Shown here: positions 47,908 to 57,379 of the stretch, one piece after another
Layout of the letters: each line of letters opens with the position of its first letter
How positions within the stretch are numbered: position 1 is the first letter of the stretch
Source: a virus
Taxonomy: Duplodnaviria; Caudoviricetes
Length of the DNA: 64,000 nt
Virus record (IMG/VR): IMGVR_UViG_2724679359_000002
Coordinates: 8,398 to 72,397 of that record
Direction: 5' to 3' (one strand)
Notes under the pieces: generated by a model
Told to the model about the DNA's origin: nothing
Seen by the model: the letters and a program-made list of their open reading frames with translations, nothing else
Databases searched by the model: none
Translations under genes and position numbers: made by a program

Positions 47908-49137
47908 TTATTTGCTCCCTTTGGCGGCCGGTGCTTCTTCTGTGGTTTCCGGGGGAGTCTCAGTAGCGGTTTCCGCTGTGACATCCTCCGGGTTCGACGC
48001 CACTTTCACCGCTGCCATGATCGCGGCGGCAAGACCGTCATAGTTTGGGGCTTCCGATACCATCAATGCGGCCGCAGCCGGTGCCGAGGCGATGTCTTTT
48101 TTCGCCGGTAAGATTTCGATGTTTTCCACCAGACAGCCACAGGCGTAATCTTCCACCACATAATCCTGTTTAATGGATTCGTAGTTTTCGATACGGTCTC
48201 GCTTGGCGTTCTCATCAATATGGCGGCGGTGTGAGTCTTCCAGCCAGTAAATAGACAGGTTATCGAGGCGGGTGATAAAGAACGCGTTAGCCGGGAAGAA
48301 CGGCACACGGACAGCCGGTAAATTGCCGATACGCTTCTGGCTGATAATCAGGTCAGCGGCGAGGGTTTCGCTGTTTTCCTGCTCCTTGTTGACGATAGGG
48401 AAATATTTATCCTGCATCAACTGACGGCCAGTGATAACCACCAGTTCAGGGTCTTCCTGATGCCATTCAGCAATCATGGTATTGGTAGCATCCATCACCA
48501 GCGCATCCAAGTTGGCATAATCGCCACCATGGCCGACACGGATTTTTTCCGATACTACCGTGCCATCTTCGCCAACGACTTTGCTCATCACGCGGATTGG
48601 CGCGTTGAGGCGGTATTTTTGCAACCAACCCGGCGCGATATCCTGCAACAGTGGGTTTAGTGCGCGGTTGGATGTCTTGGCGCGGTGGGTACCATTGAAG
48701 CCCGCCATAATGCGGTCAAGAGCCTGCCGCTTGATAATGGCGTCGCGTAAACGGGTCTGGAAGTCCTGATAACGCGCCCACAGGTCGAGGGTGTTATAGC
48801 GAATGTGGAAATCGTAGTTCACCTGTTCACAGAAATATTTCTCACTGTCCAGTGAGGCAAATTCGGCAGTTTCGCGTTCGTCGCCGCCGTCAGTATCGGT
48901 GGTGCTGGCAACCGAACCATTGACGCCAAGGCCGACCTTTTCGGCGGTCAGCTCGGCGACTGGCACAATATTGATGCGGCTCAGAAATTCTGAGGACTCT
49001 TGCACGCGGGTCATGATGGTTTGCGTAACGGAGGGTTCAACGCTGAATTTTTTATTCAGGTCGCCAGTTTCTACCCCGTTCAGCTCGGCTTGACGGGTTA
49101 GATAGGCATTAAATTTAAAACGGGTTGCTGGGCGCAT
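47908..49137 (-). CDS. N: Major capsid protein N with Ala/Thr/Glu-rich C-terminal extension
   Basis: RQALDRIM.GFNG, NLDALV, LDNLSIYW. Confidence 0.95.
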   Translation of the reverse strand: MRPATRFKFNAYLTRQAELNGVETGDLNKKFSVEPSVTQTIMTRVQESSEFLSRINIVPVAELTAEKVGLGVNGSVASTTDTDGGDERETAEFASLDSEKYFCEQVNYDFHIRYNTLDLWARYQDFQTRLRDAIIKRQALDRIMAGFNGTHRAKTSNRALNPLLQDIAPGWLQKYRLNAPIRVMSKVVGEDGTVVSEKIRVGHGGDYANLDALVMDATNTMIAEWHQEDPELVVITGRQLMQDKYFPIVNKEQENSETLAADLIISQKRIGNLPAVRVPFFPANAFFITRLDNLSIYWLEDSHRRHIDENAKRDRIENYESIKQDYVVEDYACGCLVENIEILPAKKDIASAPAAAALMVSEAPNYDGLAAAIMAAVKVASNPEDVTAETATETPPETTEEAPAAKGSK

Positions 49138-49213
49138 AATAATCCTGATTCAGTTAAATAACGTGTTAATGAAATAGCAAGCGGGCCGCACAACCGGCGG
49201 CCAGTGATCCCGA

Positions 49214-50068
49214 TTAGCAGTCGGTCAATACATCGTTCTGGTTGTTGCCGCCGGTGGATTCCGGGCGTTTGGTCTGGCTAAAGTTTTCAGTGATAGAAAG
49301 TTTGGTTTCTAGCGACGTAACCCCTTGTTTTCCCTTTTCAATGCTCTGTTTCAGCTCCACCACTTGGTCTGCAAATTGCTTCTCAATGGTCGTAAAGCGG
49401 GCTTCAATGGTTTCTTCCTGCTCCTGCACATGCACTGCCACGGCATTCACCGCCTCATGCACATCATTAAAACGGGCGTCGTCGGTTGCTTGCTTGCGGC
49501 TGAATACTGACTTCACCATGTTGAGTAAGGTGACACCCGGCTCGGCCACGTCTTCAAATTCCAGTTGCACTTCAACTGCCGCCGAGAAAAAGTTATCCGG
49601 GTTGGATTTACGCGAGGCCAGTGGGTTGTGTTTGGCTTTGACGCTGAACTCTAAAATTTCCGTGCCAAGACTATTAGGGTCATCGGTCACCGCCAGACCG
49701 ACCAGATAGGCTTTACCGCTGTTGGCAAAGTTCGGACTAATCTCCATCGAGGTGTAAACTTTTTGGCGGCTTTTATTCAGTAGTACCAGTTCGTCTGTTG
49801 GGTTGATTTGGGCAAAAAGTGCGCGCTTACCCTTCAGTGCTGAATCATCTTCAATAGTTTCAGCTTTCAGACCAACGACATCGCCATAACGGCGGAATGA
49901 GCTGTCAGGTGACACACTTCTTATGTGTTCCAGATTGATGCGGCAACCGTAGACGCGCGGGTCAAAGGTTTCGGCCATTTGGTTGATATCGTTAACGTCA
50001 ATCACTCGCCCGTCGCAGGTATCACCCTCAACGCCGATACGAAAATACTTAGAAACTTTCTTAGCCAT
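49214..50068 (-). CDS. O: Capsid scaffolding protein O
   Basis: FRIGVEGDTCDGR, INLEH, GLAVTDDP.SLG, LTDC. Confidence 0.93.
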   Translation of the reverse strand: MAKKVSKYFRIGVEGDTCDGRVIDVNDINQMAETFDPRVYGCRINLEHIRSVSPDSSFRRYGDVVGLKAETIEDDSALKGKRALFAQINPTDELVLLNKSRQKVYTSMEISPNFANSGKAYLVGLAVTDDPNSLGTEILEFSVKAKHNPLASRKSNPDNFFSAAVEVQLEFEDVAEPGVTLLNMVKSVFSRKQATDDARFNDVHEAVNAVAVHVQEQEETIEARFTTIEKQFADQVVELKQSIEKGKQGVTSLETKLSITENFSQTKRPESTGGNNQNDVLTDC

Positions 50069-50153
50069 GAGCGGCTCCATTCAGTGTGATTATGGTTATT
50101 CGGTTCGGGGCTTAGTTTCCTGATGTAAGGCGGCAGCAACAACGAAAGCCAGT

Positions 50154-50171
50154 TGTGACGGGGCTGGCACA
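50154..50171. promoter_or_regulatory. Ogr-family site in O/P promoter region (prophage 2)
   Basis: TGT-GACGGGGCTGGC-ACA = TGT-N12-ACA. Confidence 0.7.
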
Positions 50172-50218
50172 ACAGCGAGGACGCGCAGAGGGTCGGGCTG
50201 GTCGCGTAGCCTAATGGC

Positions 50219-51991
50219 ATGAATACGACACCGAGCACCATCATCAGCGACCCACGGCGACAGGCGGCCTTGCTTTACTGGCAGGGCTTCTCTGTGCGCC
50301 AAATCGCAGACCAGCTAGCCCTTAAATCGCCGACTGTGCAGAGCTGGAAGAAGCGCGACGGGTGGGATGCGATTGCGCCCATTTCCCGCGTGGAAACCAG
50401 CATGGAAGCGCGGTTGATTCAACTCATCATGAAAGACGCCAAAGAGGGGCGGGACTTTAAAGAGATTGACCTGTTAGGCCGTCAGATTGAACGGCTGGCG
50501 CGGGTGAACCGCTACAGCCAGACCGGCAGCGAAGCTGATTTAAATCCGAACGTAGCGAACCGCAACAAAGGGGAGCGCAAGCCCCCGGATAAAAACCTGT
50601 TCAGTGAATCCGCGATTGAAAAACTGGAATCTATTTTTCACGAAAATATCTTTGATTATCAGCGCAACTGGTTTGATGCCGGGCTACAACACCGTATCCG
50701 CAATATCCTGAAATCGCGCCAGATTGGCGCAACGTTCTTCTTTGCCCGCGAAGCGCTATTGGATGCCATCACCACCGGGCGTAATCAGATTTTCTTATCT
50801 GCCAGTAAAGCACAGGCGCATGTGTTCAAAAGCTACATTATCGACTTTGCCCGCATGGTTGACGTTGACCTGAAAGGTGACCCGATGGTGCTACCCAACG
50901 GGGCGCGCCTGTTCTTTCTCGGCACGAACGTGCGCACCGCGCAGAGCTACACCGGCAATCTCTATCTTGACGAGTATTTCTGGATACCCAAGTTTCAGGA
51001 ACTACGCAAAGTCGCCAGCGGCATGTCATTACACAAAAAATGGCGTACCACCTATTTCTCCACGCCGTCGAGTCTGGCGCACAGCGCCTATCCGTTCTGG
51101 TCTGGTGAGTTGTTCAATAAAGGCCGCCGCAATAAATCCGACCATATTCAACTGGATTTAAGCCACAGCCATTTAGCCCGTGGTGCGCTGTGTGCTGATG
51201 GTCAGTGGCGGCAGATTGTCACGGTTGAAGATGCACTGGCGGGCGGCTGTAACCTGTTTGACCTCAACCAGCTCTCACTGGAATACGGCCCGTCAGAATA
51301 TCAAAACCTGTTGATGTGCGAGTTTGTCGATGACCAGGCGTCAGTGTTCCCGTTCGCCGAGTTGCAGGCTTGCATGGTCGACAGTTTGGAAGAGTGGGAA
51401 GACTACAACCCGTATTCGTTGCGGCCGTTTGGGCATCGCCCGGTGTGGATTGGTTACGACCCGTCCGAGGCCAACGGCGGCGACAGTGCCGGGTGTGCGG
51501 TGATCGCGCCGCCAATGGTGCCGGGCGGCAAGTTCCGCGTATTGGAGCGCCACCAGTGGAAAGGGATGGATTTTGAAGCGCAGGCCAAACATATCGAAGA
51601 GCTGACGCAGAAGTATTGTGTGGAATATATCGGTATCGATGCGACTACCGTCGGCCAAGGCGTTTTCCAGTTGGTGCGCCAGTTCTTCCCGGCAGCAAGG
51701 GAAATCAAATACACCCCTGAAATCAAAACCGCCATGGTGCTGAAAGCCAAGCACACCATTAATAACGGCCGTCTGGAATATGACACTGGCCACACCGATA
51801 TCACCCAGTCATTTATGGCCATTCGCAAGACTATGACCGCCAGCGGCAAGAGTTCGACTTATGTTGCCAGCCGCAGTGAAGAAGCCAGCCACGCCGATGT
51901 GGCGTGGGCGATTATGCACGCCCTGTTAAATGAACCCCTTACCGCGACATATGGCGGTCACAGCCCTAACTTCTTGGAGTTTTACGGATGA
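50219..51991 (+). CDS. P: Terminase large subunit P
   Basis: KSRQIGAT, LYLDEYFW, GYDP, HADVAWA. Confidence 0.95.
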   Translation: MNTTPSTIISDPRRQAALLYWQGFSVRQIADQLALKSPTVQSWKKRDGWDAIAPISRVETSMEARLIQLIMKDAKEGRDFKEIDLLGRQIERLARVNRYSQTGSEADLNPNVANRNKGERKPPDKNLFSESAIEKLESIFHENIFDYQRNWFDAGLQHRIRNILKSRQIGATFFFAREALLDAITTGRNQIFLSASKAQAHVFKSYIIDFARMVDVDLKGDPMVLPNGARLFFLGTNVRTAQSYTGNLYLDEYFWIPKFQELRKVASGMSLHKKWRTTYFSTPSSLAHSAYPFWSGELFNKGRRNKSDHIQLDLSHSHLARGALCADGQWRQIVTVEDALAGGCNLFDLNQLSLEYGPSEYQNLLMCEFVDDQASVFPFAELQACMVDSLEEWEDYNPYSLRPFGHRPVWIGYDPSEANGGDSAGCAVIAPPMVPGGKFRVLERHQWKGMDFEAQAKHIEELTQKYCVEYIGIDATTVGQGVFQLVRQFFPAAREIKYTPEIKTAMVLKAKHTINNGRLEYDTGHTDITQSFMAIRKTMTASGKSSTYVASRSEEASHADVAWAIMHALLNEPLTATYGGHSPNFLEFYG

Positions 51992-52752
51992 AATCAATGA
52001 CTTTTACTGCTGGTCAAGTTGACGGCCTGCGCGAACATTTCGAAAACGCGGCCTTTGACTATCAAAAGACGTGGTATCGGGTGGGGCAGACCGGCGTAGC
52101 CCGAAATATCACCAAGTCGCGCCAGATTGGGGTCGACTGGCTTTTTGCTTTTGAAGCGTTACTGGATTCCCTCACCACCGGGCGCAATCAGCATTTTTTA
52201 ACCTGCACCAGACCAAGCGCCTTGAATACCCGCGCTTATATTGCCGAGTTCTGTCGGGTCGTTGGGGTAAACGTGAACCCATGTTCGCTGAATAATATTC
52301 TGTTAGGTAATGGCGCACTTATCGCCTTTCACGGTGAAAACAGTCACGCCGCTGCTCATGCCGGGAATGTGTACCTGGGTGAATATGCATGGGCTAAAAA
52401 CCCACGTTCAATACTGCTCATGGCTAAGGGGATGGCAATGCACAAAAATCATCGTTTAACACTCTATACCACGCCCTCCCGCTCACATACCGCGTTCAAG
52501 ATTTGGAACGGCTCACTGGGCCATCCACGAAAAGTCGCACCGGTGATACACACCGATAACGGCGTTTTTTGTGCTGATGGCGTATTCCGTCAATCGGTTA
52601 CGGCTGATGATGCTACTCAGCAAGGCGGCATGTTATGGGGAAAAAATTGGGATAAAGATTGGCTGAAAAAACACATGACGGCGGATGATTTCAAGCTCTT
52701 ATATTTGTGCGACTGGTCACAAGCGGCAAACAATGCAGAGGAAGTAAAATGA
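51988..52752 (+). CDS. ATPase-domain-only terminase paralogue with degenerate Walker B
   Basis: FDYQ..W, KSRQIG, TTGRNQ, VYLGEYAW, TTPS, CADG..RQ; ATGA overlaps with P and Q. Confidence 0.85.
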   Translation: MKSMTFTAGQVDGLREHFENAAFDYQKTWYRVGQTGVARNITKSRQIGVDWLFAFEALLDSLTTGRNQHFLTCTRPSALNTRAYIAEFCRVVGVNVNPCSLNNILLGNGALIAFHGENSHAAAHAGNVYLGEYAWAKNPRSILLMAKGMAMHKNHRLTLYTTPSRSHTAFKIWNGSLGHPRKVAPVIHTDNGVFCADGVFRQSVTADDATQQGGMLWGKNWDKDWLKKHMTADDFKLLYLCDWSQAANNAEEVK

Positions 52753-53786
52753 GTAAGCGCAAAGGCCGCAAGGCATTAAGTCGCCCGGCAACTAATCACA
52801 CCGCCAGCCAACAGCAGCCGGTGGAGGCTTTCACCTTTGGCGAACCCTCCGCCGTTCTCGACAAGCGGGAAATACTGGATTACATCGAATGCACCGGCAA
52901 CGGTAAATGGTATGACCCGCCGATTAGCTTTGACGGGCTGGCGCGCAGTTTCCGGGCGGCGGTGCATCACAGCTCACCGCTGTATGTGAAACGCAACATA
53001 CTGGCAAGCACATTTATCCCGCATGCAATGCTCAGTCAGCAAGCCTTTAGCCGCTATGCGCTGGATTATCTGGTGTTCGGCAATGCGTTTTTAGAGGTGC
53101 GCCGTAACCAACTGGGCGCACCACTGCGCCTCGACCCCAGCCCGGCCAAGTACACCCGCCGGGGACTTGAAAAAGATTGCTATTGGTTTGTCCAGAACTG
53201 GAAAGATGAACACCTGTTCGAAGCCGGGAGCGTTTTTCACCTGATAGAACCGGATATCAATCAGGAGCTTTACGGCCTGCCGGAATATCTCAGCGGCTTA
53301 AATTCGGCTTGGCTCAATGAAGCGGCCACGCTGTTCCGTCGCAAGTATTACCAGAATGGCGCTCACGCGGGATACATCCTGTATATGACTGACGCCGCGC
53401 AAAGTAGCAGCGATATTGAGGCAATGCGTAAAGCGATGCGCGACACCAAAGGGTTAGGCAATTTTCGCAACCTGTTTATGTACGCGCCCAACGGTAAAAA
53501 AGACGGCATCCAGATTTTACCGTTGAGCGAAGTCGCCACCAAAGATGACTTTTTTAATATCAAGAACGCCACCCGCGACGACCTGCTTAGTGTTCACCGG
53601 GTGCCGCCGCAGATGATGGGGATTATTCCCAACAATACCGGCGGATTCGGTGACGTGGCGAAAGCCTCACAAGTGTTTGTCCGTAACGAGTTAACGCCGT
53701 TGCAAGAACGATTGAAAGAGGTGAATGACTGGATAGGGCAAGAGGTGATCCGGTTCAAGCCTTATGAACTGATAAGTGAGGAATAA
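52749..53786 (+). CDS. Q: Portal protein Q
   Basis: MSKRK start, HHSSP, NQELYGLPEY, GGFGDV. Confidence 0.95.
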   Translation: MSKRKGRKALSRPATNHTASQQQPVEAFTFGEPSAVLDKREILDYIECTGNGKWYDPPISFDGLARSFRAAVHHSSPLYVKRNILASTFIPHAMLSQQAFSRYALDYLVFGNAFLEVRRNQLGAPLRLDPSPAKYTRRGLEKDCYWFVQNWKDEHLFEAGSVFHLIEPDINQELYGLPEYLSGLNSAWLNEAATLFRRKYYQNGAHAGYILYMTDAAQSSSDIEAMRKAMRDTKGLGNFRNLFMYAPNGKKDGIQILPLSEVATKDDFFNIKNATRDDLLSVHRVPPQMMGIIPNNTGGFGDVAKASQVFVRNELTPLQERLKEVNDWIGQEVIRFKPYELISEE

Positions 53787-53787
53787 A

Positions 53788-53967
53788 ATGGGACGTAAAG
53801 CGCCAACACCACCGCCATATAAACCCGGCGACACAGTGAAGAGGCCCGCGCCACCGCCGCAGCCGCCCAAAAAATGCGAGTGTACAGGCTGCTATCGTCG
53901 GCGAATGGGATTAGGCGGATATCAGCCGCATAGCTGCGGTGTGAGTATTGCGGTTTCAAATAGTTAA
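53788..53967 (+). CDS. Small Pro-rich/Cys protein after portal
   Basis: GAGG RBS, start 1 bp after Q stop; MGRKAPTPPPYKP...PAPPPQPPKKCECTGC. Confidence 0.5.
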   Translation: MGRKAPTPPPYKPGDTVKRPAPPPQPPKKCECTGCYRRRMGLGGYQPHSCGVSIAVSNS

Positions 53968-53987
53968 TTGATATTTTTGAACATCAT

Positions 53988-54011
53988 AGCCGCCGAACCG
54001 GGCGGCTTTTT
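53988..54011 (+). terminator. Intrinsic terminator of the P-Q operon
   Basis: AGCCGCC-GAACCG-GGCGGCT-TTTT. Confidence 0.75.
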
Positions 54012-54174
54012 CATGCCTGAAAAGTAGCGATTCCAACCCCACGTGCCATACGCCACCAGACGCCCATCACGCCCTCACACCCCATGAACACGCATTGACT
54101 CCCGACTCAACCGAACGCAGCACCACGGCCCGCTCAAGATCGATAAATAAGGGTATCAAAACCCTTTGCGCGCA

Positions 54175-54193
54175 ATGCTATCCCCGCCACGCC
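54175..54193 (-). other. cos: cos site (19-nt cohesive end)
   Basis: Minus strand GGCGTGGCGGGGATAGCAT, close to the P2/186 cohesive end, flanked by GCGCGCA inverted repeats. Confidence 0.85.
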
Positions 54194-54327
54194 TGCGCGC
54201 TTTGCAGGTCGCTTTTCATGCACTTGCATGATCCATTGAGATCCGCGCCGGAACTGGGGCTAGCTGGGATTTTCTGGCTCAGGTTCATCATGCAAAATCA
54301 TGCACTATATGCATGCAGTGCTAAAAA

Positions 54328-54513
54328 TCAGCGCAAAGAATGTAAACAGGACTCCCCTGCCCCGTCTAAATAGATATTTTTTGCTTCTACAACTAATTCA
54401 GATATCCACACCAGTGCCACTTCCCGGTCTCTATTTTTCATCTCATCACCGGCTGACATTCTAGCTATGAGGTCTATACGTTCAAGCAAAACTAGCCCAT
54501 CTAAATCCATCAC
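54328..54513 (-). CDS. tum: Tum-like (TumA) SOS antirepressor
   Basis: LERIDLIAR...DREVAL.WI.EL; LexA box immediately upstream; same position as in 186. Confidence 0.75.
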   Translation of the reverse strand: MMDLDGLVLLERIDLIARMSAGDEMKNRDREVALVWISELVVEAKNIYLDGAGESCLHSLR

Positions 54514-54540
54514 TTAATAATCTCCCAGCACTTATGCATA

Positions 54541-54556
54541 CTGTGTTTATATACAG
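54541..54556. promoter_or_regulatory. LexA (SOS) box upstream of tum
   Basis: CTGTGTTTATATACAG = CTG-N10-CAG. Confidence 0.85.
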
Positions 54557-54708
54557 TATACTATGCACTTTTTAAGAAAACTTCTATATAAATATATGGT
54601 TTTACTTAAGTAAAAAATCTTAGATTAAAAAGCATCCTGTTGAACAACAAACCTTTTATGCATAAAAGCAGTGAACACAGTGCGTCACACTACATATTTA
54701 ATTTTCAG

Positions 54709-54722
54709 TGTGACGCGTCACA
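54709..54722. repeat. Perfect palindrome TGTGACGCGTCACA
   Basis: Read directly; half-site GCGTCACA at 54682. Confidence 0.75.
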
Positions 54723-55077
54723 ACGGTTTAATTTCGCTAATCAATAGACTGTTGATACCTTTGGTCTGCCAGCAAGCCGCCTCACCCCGCAAACAACATC
54801 CATTTGGATCGCCCGGCAAGGTATCGCCACATTTTCCGCAACGTTGTTTACCCAGTTCGGCCAGTTGCTCTTTTAGTCGCTGGTTATCTTGCCGAATAAG
54901 TAGCGCGATATATTCTGGTAAATCATAGGCAGGCCGGAACAGACGCCGGGCGGCCATACCCTCGGTCAGCATGGCGTGTTCTTCTGGCTCAAGCCGGGCG
55001 CGAATTTCATTGATACCGGCGGATTTATCACGCTGGCGCTGTGCCTGTTTGCGGGTAGTGGCGTCGGTTTTAGTCAT
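54718..55077 (-). CDS. Conserved phage protein, RHH-like plus Cys-rich domain
   Basis: RKQAQRQRDK...CGKCGDTLPGD..GCC..G...CWQT.G; homologue of 20316-20660. Confidence 0.75.
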   Translation of the reverse strand: MTKTDATTRKQAQRQRDKSAGINEIRARLEPEEHAMLTEGMAARRLFRPAYDLPEYIALLIRQDNQRLKEQLAELGKQRCGKCGDTLPGDPNGCCLRGEAACWQTKGINSLLISEIKPL

Positions 55078-55096
55078 GGTTTCTCTCTCAGGTAGA

Positions 55097-57379
55097 TTAA
55101 TCATCGAATTCCGGCCAGTCGGACAAGGCCGGATATTGAATAACAGTGTCATCGAACGTCATTGAAGCCCCACGGGCTAACGATTCCAGCTCCCAGCGCT
55201 GGACGCTGATATCTTTCAGCAGTAAATCATTGCGAATTTGGGAGATGCGCTGGCGTTCTTCGCGGGTTAAGCGGGCAGATGGCGCAATAATTCGGCCCTT
55301 GGTGGGGTCATAACTGCGTTGTATCTTGCTTATCGTTGGCTGTTTCTCTTTAACGCGGGCCACAATCGCCCTCACGGCGGCAGTGTCCGACCAGTCAATA
55401 ACGGCGTCCGGTGGGTATTCCATCGCCACCACAGGCGTTTCAGCCTGCCCGCTGGGGTCATTTGGCGCTTGGGTGTTTTCACCTAACCCACAGTTATTGA
55501 CAGGACTCCGAGGCGCGCCAGAGGCGCTTTTCAAAGTCAAAAGCTCAACGTCAACGGCACCAGCAACGATGCGCCATTGGGTTGTGCGGGTTTCATGAAT
55601 ATGGTCAGCGCCCAAATGCGGTGCGTAGATACCGACGACTTTCTGTACTTCTTCATCGTAGGCGTTGAGTTCATCGGCGACGCGCTTGGCTAACCGGACG
55701 GTCTGATTGCCGCAATTGGTGCCACCTTGCGCCATGATGTAGGCAGCAAAATCACCCTCATCAGCCGCATGACGCACAGCTTCTACGGTTTCGTCGAAAG
55801 TCTCGGCCAGACTAATAGAACGGATACGGCGACACTCGCGATAGACTCCCATGGAGGGAAGCCCAATCGGGCGAAACTGAGGGATGCGCCACGTTGCCGC
55901 CCACGCTGTTACCGCCGCAGCGGAGTCAGTCAGCAGTTCACCGGTTTCATGATCACGTTCACCCTCAAGCGCATAGCCGTCGATATTCTTGGCAATGTAT
56001 TTAGCGATGTAGCCAGCGGCCCCGCCTTTGTTCATGTGCTTACACTCAAAGCGGTATTTAGCGGCTCCGCGCTCGTCACCGTCTTCTTTCAACGCATAGC
56101 GGCGCATGATGTCGATTACCTGCTGGCGCTGGCGGCGTTGGCAAAACAGCATCATGTGCCAGTGCGGTGTACCGTCATGGTGTGGCTCAACTACGCGCAT
56201 TCCGTAGACGCTTAATTCGTTGTCTTTAAAGGCGGTGCGCATTTTGCTCCAAATCTTGCAGAGATAGCGCTGGCCGTCTTTGGGTGAATAGGCTTCATCA
56301 TTCCACTTATGATTAAGCTGGACTTTCTCATTGTCGCCTTTCCCCACAACGCGAGTCGGGTGATATTTTGACGGGGTGGTGATGGTCAGGAACATACCGA
56401 CGTGCTTTTGCCCGGCAGCATATTTTTCCGTGAACGCGATGGTGTTCATTAACTCCATGCGGCGAATTTCTGGATTAGAAATACTCGCCATCACCTTATC
56501 AATCAGGTCGATGCGCTCACCGGTTTCAATGTTTTCTAACTGGCAGCTTTTGAGATATTCCAGATTAGACTGGCGACGCGCAAACACCTCACGGATAGCC
56601 TGCTTACTGGCATAAGAAGACGCTGACTTATCACGGCTGACATTACCGACAGCAATCAATAACGCCTCCCGCCAGCGTGTTCTCTGCGCTTTGAGTTTGC
56701 GCTCCCACCACTCAGGGTTAACCAGCCGTGACAGACTGGCGATAGCAGACGTGATATCTAACCGGCCTTTCAGATATTTGCGCCAGTGCATTGGGGTGAT
56801 ATTAAAAGCGCGCGCCATTCTGGCAAGATCGCCGAATATCCGTACCTGCGTATCGGCCTGCAATAAAACGGCCCTGTCCCCCTGATTAGCCTTAATGCAT
56901 TCATCACAGTGATGGTTGTACGCCACCATTAGCTCATCACCGATTTTGCGGGCAAAGCGGCGCAGCTCTTTATCATGCATACCCGCTAGGCTGGCATAGG
57001 TTGAGGCATCAGTGGAAAAGCTCATTGACGCACTGAGGCGCATAACATTTTTACTATTGACCACCTGAATGCGCGGCCAGATACGCTGGTCAAAGACAAA
57101 TACCAGCCATTTATTAGCGTCGTTTAGCCCTTGATTGGCTAACAGGTATTGATAGCGAGAAATAAACTGGCTACGCAGGAAGTGAGGCAGATTATTAATA
57201 TTGGCTAAAACAGCTTGCCCCTGAATCAGTTGTTCACGGGTAAGCGGTCTTGATGGTGCAAGGGTTTGGCGCGGTTTGCTGCCGGGGTAGGCATAAGCAG
57301 GAACAGCAGCGCCGCTGCCCGGATAAGGCAACGGCGGAGTTGGGGCAATGCGGCCACGCATATTATTAATGCTGGTCAT
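55097..57379 (-). CDS. A: Replication endonuclease A
   Basis: PSKYH, EPHHDGTPHWH, YIAKYIAKNIDG, RSPVNNC. Confidence 0.94.
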   Translation of the reverse strand: MTSINNMRGRIAPTPPLPYPGSGAAVPAYAYPGSKPRQTLAPSRPLTREQLIQGQAVLANINNLPHFLRSQFISRYQYLLANQGLNDANKWLVFVFDQRIWPRIQVVNSKNVMRLSASMSFSTDASTYASLAGMHDKELRRFARKIGDELMVAYNHHCDECIKANQGDRAVLLQADTQVRIFGDLARMARAFNITPMHWRKYLKGRLDITSAIASLSRLVNPEWWERKLKAQRTRWREALLIAVGNVSRDKSASSYASKQAIREVFARRQSNLEYLKSCQLENIETGERIDLIDKVMASISNPEIRRMELMNTIAFTEKYAAGQKHVGMFLTITTPSKYHPTRVVGKGDNEKVQLNHKWNDEAYSPKDGQRYLCKIWSKMRTAFKDNELSVYGMRVVEPHHDGTPHWHMMLFCQRRQRQQVIDIMRRYALKEDGDERGAAKYRFECKHMNKGGAAGYIAKYIAKNIDGYALEGERDHETGELLTDSAAAVTAWAATWRIPQFRPIGLPSMGVYRECRRIRSISLAETFDETVEAVRHAADEGDFAAYIMAQGGTNCGNQTVRLAKRVADELNAYDEEVQKVVGIYAPHLGADHIHETRTTQWRIVAGAVDVELLTLKSASGAPRSPVNNCGLGENTQAPNDPSGQAETPVVAMEYPPDAVIDWSDTAAVRAIVARVKEKQPTISKIQRSYDPTKGRIIAPSARLTREERQRISQIRNDLLLKDISVQRWELESLARGASMTFDDTVIQYPALSDWPEFDD

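Noticed and set aside
51988-52752. Assembly duplication or decayed copy of P
   Set aside because: The sequence is highly diverged from P, the frame is intact, and it is translationally coupled at both ends.
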